NCBI GenBank assembly: GCA_028282585.1 | Contig: JANQHR010000052.1 | Coordinates: forward strand, 1 to 64,000 | From: Bacteroidales bacterium | GTDB taxonomy: Bacteria > Bacteroidota > Bacteroidia > Bacteroidales > UBA12077 | Reading direction: 5' to 3' | Length of the DNA: 64,000 nucleotides | In this document: one piece after another, positions 58,606 through 64,000 of the stretch | How positions within the stretch are numbered: the stretch's first letter is position 1 | Layout: each line of letters begins with the position of its first letter | Made by a program: the position numbers and the translations under genes | Notes under the pieces: generated by a model | Told to the model about the DNA's origin: nothing | Seen by the model: the letters and a program-made list of their open reading frames with translations, nothing else | Databases searched by the model: none

Positions 58606-60147
58606 ATGATTATTATAGGGGGTAAAAATCTTAATCTTGCTGATTTTTACAAAATTCTTTTCGAAGGGGAAAAGATAGATTTGGATGAAGCATCTTTAGA
58701 TAAAGTACAAAAGAATTTTGAATTTCTTGACGAATTTTCTAAAAATAAAGTCATTTACGGTATAAACACTTGTTTTGGGCCAATGGCACAATACAAGATT
58801 AGCGACGAGGACCAAAAAGCATTACAATATAACCTTATTCGCAGCCATGCTGCAGGCTCAGGAGACCCGATTCCTGATATTTACGTAAAAGCTCTGATGA
58901 TTGCCAGGTTAAATACTTTTATGCGTGGTTATTCTGGAGTTCACAAAGAGGTTGTTTTACTTTTAAAAGAATTTATTAATAAAAATATTTACCCAAAAAT
59001 ATTTGAGCACGGTGGCGTTGGAGCTAGTGGCGATTTAGTTCAACTTTCTCATTTAGCTTTAAACTTAATAGGTGAAGGAGAAATTCGCTTTAAAGGAAAG
59101 TTCTACCCGGCAAATGAAGTATTTAAAAAAACCGGTTTAACTCCATTAAAAGTTCATTTAAGAGAAGGTTTAGCATTAATAAATGGTACTTCCTGCATGG
59201 CTGGAATTGGAATAATCAACCTGATTCATGCAAATAACCTTCTAAATTGGGCTGTTGTATCCTCAAGCATAACAAATGAGGTTGTAGAATCTTATGACGA
59301 CCATTTTTCAAAAGAACTAAATGAAGTTAAATTGCATGAAGGGCAAAACCTGATTGCAGCAGAAATGCGTAAAATTGTTGAAACAAGTAAGTTAATAAAA
59401 AAACGTGCCGAACACCTGTATGATAATCATGTTGACGTTGGGGTTATAAAAGATAAAGTGCAGGAGTATTACTCTTTAAGGTGCGTGCCTCAGGTTTTAG
59501 GGCCAATTTATGAAACACTAAAAAATGTAGAAAAGGTTTTAATTAAAGAAGTTAATTCTGTAAACGACAACCCAATAATCGATAATACAAACGTAGATGT
59601 ACTGCATGGTGGCAATTTCCATGGAGATTATGTTTCCCTCGAAATGGATAAACTGAAAATTGTTACAACAAAAATGTCTATGTTAATTGAGAGGCAATTA
59701 AACTACCTGTTTAATCACAAGTTAAATGAGAAGTTTCCTCCGTTTGCTAACCTTGGAGTATTAGGTTTAAACCTTGGCATGCAAGCTGCTCAATTTACGG
59801 CAACTTCAACAACTGCAGAAAATCAAACCTTGTCAAACCCAATGTATGTTCATAGTATTCCAAACAATGGAGATAACCAGGATATTGTAAGTATGGGTAC
59901 TAATGCTGCATTAATGGCTAAAAGAATCGTTGAAAATACTTTTGAGGTTTTAGCTATTAAGTGCATGAGCTTATTGCAAGTTGTTGACTACATGAACTTT
60001 AAAGATAAACTTTCTAGCACATCAAAAGGTTTATATGAGGATTTAAGAAAGATGGTTCCAACAATTGTCGAAGACGAACCTCTTTACCCATATATTGAAA
60101 GTATTAAACAATATTTAATTAATAACAGGCCAAACCGCATAAATTAA
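58606..60147 (+). CDS. Aromatic amino acid ammonia-lyase (FjTAL-like tyrosine ammonia-lyase)
   Basis: GASGDL MIO motif, QYNLIRSH, QEYYSLRC, GGNFHG, NQDIVSMG; PKS context. Confidence 0.9.
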   Translation: MIIIGGKNLNLADFYKILFEGEKIDLDEASLDKVQKNFEFLDEFSKNKVIYGINTCFGPMAQYKISDEDQKALQYNLIRSHAAGSGDPIPDIYVKALMIARLNTFMRGYSGVHKEVVLLLKEFINKNIYPKIFEHGGVGASGDLVQLSHLALNLIGEGEIRFKGKFYPANEVFKKTGLTPLKVHLREGLALINGTSCMAGIGIINLIHANNLLNWAVVSSSITNEVVESYDDHFSKELNEVKLHEGQNLIAAEMRKIVETSKLIKKRAEHLYDNHVDVGVIKDKVQEYYSLRCVPQVLGPIYETLKNVEKVLIKEVNSVNDNPIIDNTNVDVLHGGNFHGDYVSLEMDKLKIVTTKMSMLIERQLNYLFNHKLNEKFPPFANLGVLGLNLGMQAAQFTATSTTAENQTLSNPMYVHSIPNNGDNQDIVSMGTNAALMAKRIVENTFEVLAIKCMSLLQVVDYMNFKDKLSSTSKGLYEDLRKMVPTIVEDEPLYPYIESIKQYLINNRPNRIN

Positions 60148-60152
60148 TCTCT

Positions 60153-60881
60153 ATGAAATTTGCATTAGTAACAGGAGGATCAAGAGGAATTGGTAAAGCA
60201 ATTTGTATGGAAATTGCAAAATTAGGGTACCATGTTTTGATTAATTACAGAAATAATACTGAAGAAGCAGAAAATACCTTAAATCAAATTCAAGAGAATG
60301 GCGGTTCCGGTGAGTTAATGAAATTTGATGTTTCTAAACCCGATGAAATTAGGGCTTCAATTGATAAATGGAAAGAAAAAAATCCCGATACAGTAATTGA
60401 AGTTTTAATAAATAACGCTGGAATTAGAAAAGATGCATTAATTATGTGGATGAAAGATGAAGACTGGAAGGGTGTTTTAAATACAAACCTTGATAGTTTT
60501 TATTATATTACAAAACATTTAGTTCAGGATATGATCGTTCATAAATATGGAAGAATTGTTAACATCGTTTCATTATCTGGAATTAAAGGTTTACCAGGGC
60601 AAACAAACTACTCTGCAGCTAAAGGAGGTGTTATTGCTGCAAGTAAAGCATTGGCTCAGGAAGTTGCTAAGAAAAACGTTACGGTAAATTGTGTTGCTCC
60701 TGGATTTATAAAAACAGATATGACCGCAGAACTCGAAGAAAAGGATTTAAAACGTATGATCCCGATGAATAGGTTTGGCAGCGCGGAAGAGGTAGCACAA
60801 GTTGTTTCTTTTCTTGCATCGCCTCAGGCATCCTATGTAACGGGCGAAGTTATATCAGTTAATGGAGGACTTTATACATAA
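60153..60881 (+). CDS. fabG: 3-oxoacyl-ACP reductase
   Basis: TGGSRGIG, NNAG, YSAAK, VAPGFI. Confidence 0.92.
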   Translation: MKFALVTGGSRGIGKAICMEIAKLGYHVLINYRNNTEEAENTLNQIQENGGSGELMKFDVSKPDEIRASIDKWKEKNPDTVIEVLINNAGIRKDALIMWMKDEDWKGVLNTNLDSFYYITKHLVQDMIVHKYGRIVNIVSLSGIKGLPGQTNYSAAKGGVIAASKALAQEVAKKNVTVNCVAPGFIKTDMTAELEEKDLKRMIPMNRFGSAEEVAQVVSFLASPQASYVTGEVISVNGGLYT

Positions 60882-60905
60882 AAAATAATACTGTAATTCA
60901 GGCCT

Positions 60906-62129
60906 ATGAATAGAGTGGTAATAACAGGAATGGGAATTTATTCCACTATTGGTAAAAACATTGATGAAGTAAAAAAATCTCTTTACGAAGGCAAATCCGG
61001 CATTGGTTTCGAACAAATTCGAAAAGAACTTGGATTTCGTTCAGCTTTAACAGGAATTCTTGAACGCCCAAATTTAAAAGGGCAATTAAAAAGGCGGCAG
61101 CGTGTTGGAATGGCTGAGGAAGGAGAATATGCATATGTAGCAACGGTTGAAGCCTTAAATCAAGCAGGTATCGATGATGATTTCTTAGATTCCAGAGATG
61201 TTGGTATTTTATACGGTAATGATAGTTCTGCAAGGTCAGTTGTTGATTCATATGACTTATTGAAAGAAAAGAAAGATACAGCTTTATTGGGTTCAGGTGC
61301 AATCTTTCAATCAATGAACTCTACTATAACAATGAGTTTATCAACTATATTCAGGTTACGCGGTATTAATTTAACGGTGAGCGCAGCGTGCGCCAGTGGC
61401 TCTCATTCTGTTGGAATGGGTTTCTATTTTATCCGAAGCGGTTTACAAGATATTATTATTTGCGGGGGAGGCCAAGAAATCAATTACCACTCCATGGGGA
61501 GTTTTGACGGGTTAGCAGCATTTTCAACCCGGGAAAATGAACCGCAAAAAGCAAGCCGCCCATTTGACCGAGACCGAGATGGTTTAGTTCCTAGTGGTGG
61601 TGCTGCAACCTTAGTTCTTGAAAGTTATGAATCGGCTGTAAAAAGAGGTGTCCCTATCCTGGCAGAAATTGTTGGATACGGTTTCTCTTCAAATGGAGAC
61701 CATATTTCGGTGCCAAATGTTGAAGGTCCTGCAAAATCACTGGAAAAAGCATTAAAAGATGCAAACTTAAAAGCAAGCGAAATAGATTATATTAATGCTC
61801 ATGCAACTGCAACTCCGGTAGGAGATTTAAATGAAGCACAAGCAATAAGCAAAATATTCGGAGAAAAAACCCCTTATGTTAGTTCAACAAAAGCAATGAC
61901 AGGGCATGAAATGTGGATGGGTGGAGCAAGTGAAATTATTTACTCCATGTTAATGATGCAAAACTCATATGTTGCACCGAATATTAACTTTGATAATCCA
62001 GATGAATATTCAGCTAAGTTAAATATCGCTGCAGAAACTATTAAAAATCATAATATTGATATATTTTTGTCCAATTCGTTTGGATTTGGAGGTACAAACT
62101 CGTCTTTAATTGTAAAAAAAATTAAGTAA
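60906..62129 (+). CDS. Beta-ketoacyl-ACP synthase (FabB/F type, APE-like KS)
   Basis: ACASG, NAHATAT, TGHE, SNSFGFGGTN. Confidence 0.93.
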   Translation: MNRVVITGMGIYSTIGKNIDEVKKSLYEGKSGIGFEQIRKELGFRSALTGILERPNLKGQLKRRQRVGMAEEGEYAYVATVEALNQAGIDDDFLDSRDVGILYGNDSSARSVVDSYDLLKEKKDTALLGSGAIFQSMNSTITMSLSTIFRLRGINLTVSAACASGSHSVGMGFYFIRSGLQDIIICGGGQEINYHSMGSFDGLAAFSTRENEPQKASRPFDRDRDGLVPSGGAATLVLESYESAVKRGVPILAEIVGYGFSSNGDHISVPNVEGPAKSLEKALKDANLKASEIDYINAHATATPVGDLNEAQAISKIFGEKTPYVSSTKAMTGHEMWMGGASEIIYSMLMMQNSYVAPNINFDNPDEYSAKLNIAAETIKNHNIDIFLSNSFGFGGTNSSLIVKKIK

Positions 62130-62153
62130 TTTATTAACTGGGAGAAATCGAAA

Positions 62154-62402
62154 ATGGAGAATCAGGAGATAATTAGCAAGGTAAATGATTTTTTAATTGA
62201 TGAATTCGAGCTTGAAGAAGATCAGTTAATTCCCTCGGCTAGTTTAAAAGAAACATTAGAAATCGACAGCCTTGATTATGTTGATTTAGTTGTTATCATA
62301 GAAAAAAACTTTGGATTTAAAGTTAAAGGAGAAGATTTCGCTTCAATAAAATCTCTTCAGGATTTTTATGATTACATCATAAGCCGGGCCCAGGCTAACT
62401 AA
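62154..62402 (+). CDS. Acyl carrier protein
   Basis: LEIDSLDYVDL. Confidence 0.93.
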   Translation: MENQEIISKVNDFLIDEFELEEDQLIPSASLKETLEIDSLDYVDLVVIIEKNFGFKVKGEDFASIKSLQDFYDYIISRAQAN

Positions 62403-62431
62403 CCCATTATAAAACGAACCGGAGGTGTTGA

Positions 62432-63328
62432 ATGCCATCATGGAAAGGACAATCTCGTGGAAATGTACTTGGATACAAAATCTTTGTACAAACCCTTAAA
62501 CACCTCGGCTTAACTTTTGCCTACTCAATACTTGTATTTGTTGCTTTTTATTACTTTTTGTTTTCTCGTAAAAGTTCAATTCATACGTACCATTACTTTC
62601 GCCATGTCCTTAAATATCCTTGGCTAAAATCAAAATGGAGTATTTACAAAAACTATTTTGTATTTGGGCAGGTCCTTTTAGACAAAGTAGCTATTTTGGG
62701 CGGGTTAAAAGGAAAGTTCTCTTACAATTTTGATGGTGAGCACTATTTACGTGAAATGGCTGAGAATAAAACCGGTGGTATTATTGTAAATGCACATATC
62801 GGTAATTTCGAAATTGCCGGGCAACTTTTGGAAAGGCTTGAAACTAAAATTAATGTTTTAATGTTGGATGCTGAACACCAGAAGATTAAAAATTACTTAT
62901 CAGATGTTTTAGTCAATAAAAATGTAGGAATCATACCCATTCAAAATGATAACTCGCATATAATTCCAATCAGCGAAGCATTAATTAATAAGGAACTTAT
63001 TGCTATGGCAGGCGACCGGTACATTGAAGAAAGCAAATTACACACGGTTGATTTTATGGGTAAAAAAGCAAAGTTTCCAACAGGCCCTTTTTATTTGGCG
63101 GCCAGATTTGGTGTCCCAATTACGTTTGCTTTTGCAATGAAGGAAAGAAATACTCATTACCACTTTTTTGCTTCAAAGCCAGAATTTGTAAAAAGATATA
63201 GGGATCCTAAAGAGCAAGAAAAGGAATTGCATAAATTCATTGAGAAGTATTCCAAAGAGTTTGAACGAATTTTAAGAATGTACCCAATGCAGTGGTTTAA
63301 TTACTACCAGTTTTGGGAGAAAAAGTAA
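62432..63328 (+). CDS. LpxL/LpxP-family acyltransferase
   Basis: AHIGNFE, AGDR, GPF, PMQWFNYY. Confidence 0.88.
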   Translation: MPSWKGQSRGNVLGYKIFVQTLKHLGLTFAYSILVFVAFYYFLFSRKSSIHTYHYFRHVLKYPWLKSKWSIYKNYFVFGQVLLDKVAILGGLKGKFSYNFDGEHYLREMAENKTGGIIVNAHIGNFEIAGQLLERLETKINVLMLDAEHQKIKNYLSDVLVNKNVGIIPIQNDNSHIIPISEALINKELIAMAGDRYIEESKLHTVDFMGKKAKFPTGPFYLAARFGVPITFAFAMKERNTHYHFFASKPEFVKRYRDPKEQEKELHKFIEKYSKEFERILRMYPMQWFNYYQFWEKK

Positions 63329-63330
63329 TT

Positions 63331-64000
63331 ATGAAAGAAAATAAAATATTATTCGTATCAGCTAACCAACATAAGGTTCCCTATCCTGTTTATCCCATTG
63401 GGCTCTCCTATATCACTACCTATTTGCAGGAAAGGTTGCCTGATTATCAATTTAAAATGGTTGACCTTAATTTTAGTACCATTGATGAATTAGAATCTAT
63501 AACTAAAGATTATAATCCTAAATACATTGGTGTTTCCTTCAGAAATATTGATGATGTTAACTCATATAACAGAGAAGAATTTGTAAGTCATTACAAAAAC
63601 GTCTTAGATCACCTCAGAACTGTTTCAAATGCTAAAATAATAGTTGGCGGTTCTGGTTTTTCAATTTTTCCGGAATTAATGTTTAATAGGTTAAATCCGG
63701 ACTTTGGCGTATATGGAGAAGGTGAACAAACTATTTTAAACCTTATTAATATACTTGATAAGAACGAGGATTATACTGGTTTAAGTAGGTTGGTATACAA
63801 GAAAAACGGGCAATGCGTTTTCAACAAAAACGAGAGTTATTTTAATAATCTGGATTTAGATTTTGACGAAAATTTGATTGACTTTTATTGGGATAAAAGC
63901 GGGATGCTTAATGTTCAAACCAAACGGGGATGCCCATACAATTGTATTTATTGTACCTACCCGTTAATTGAAGGTAAAAAAGTACGTACTCTTAATACGG
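63331..64000 (+). CDS. B12-binding radical SAM protein, lipid-biosynthesis type (partial, runs off the window)
   Basis: Translated by hand: MKENKILFVSAN..PYPVYPIG..RNIDD..GGSGFS..QTKRGCPYNCIYCTYP. Confidence 0.9.
   Translation, partial: MKENKILFVSANQHKVPYPVYPIGLSYITTYLQERLPDYQFKMVDLNFSTIDELESITKDYNPKYIGVSFRNIDDVNSYNREEFVSHYKNVLDHLRTVSNAKIIVGGSGFSIFPELMFNRLNPDFGVYGEGEQTILNLINILDKNEDYTGLSRLVYKKNGQCVFNKNESYFNNLDLDFDENLIDFYWDKSGMLNVQTKRGCPYNCIYCTYPLIEGKKVRTLNT

Noticed and set aside
58606-60147. hutH (histidine catabolism)
   Set aside because: No hut genes are nearby. PKS context and strong resemblance to the Flavobacterium TAL, which also has the SH motif, favour a biosynthetic tyrosine ammonia-lyase.
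1248-61314. Many short antisense or out-of-frame ORFs nested in larger genes (e.g. 1558, 15772, 29063, 36503, 42468, 53346, 60946)
   Set aside because: Shadow ORFs of well-supported genes, with no independent motifs.

Overview
AT-rich Bacteroidota-type chromosomal window. The assignment rests on TAnnTTTG promoters, a TonB-dependent receptor, a PD40/OmpA protein and an FjTAL-like lyase. The window has four parts. (1) 1-5984: housekeeping genes (SPFH/Arc operon, ECF sigma factor, uvrA). (2) About 6135-30600: roughly 20 unrelated genes, all on the + strand, separated by intact, truncated or collapsed ~110-200 bp imperfect hairpins (..AAC...TATAA / TCATA...GTT..). Several genes are flanked by mutually complementary ends, as integron gene cassettes are. 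A duplicated uvrA-tail segment carrying a promoter and an attI-like site heads the array, and no integrase is visible in the window. A minus-strand RNHCP-rsgA insert, with a candidate macrolide-sensing leader peptide and a tRNA-Leu 3' remnant, interrupts the array. (3) 30700-52000: core metabolism (yggS, serC/serA/DUF1015, gcvT, RNase H and others). (4) About 49300-64000: a divergent aryl-polyene/flexirubin-like type II PKS/lipid cluster with three B12-radical SAM enzymes, three ACPs, a sulfotransferase, a BtrH-like protein and a divergent FabD. It runs off the window end. All calls were made by eye from motifs; no database searches were run.
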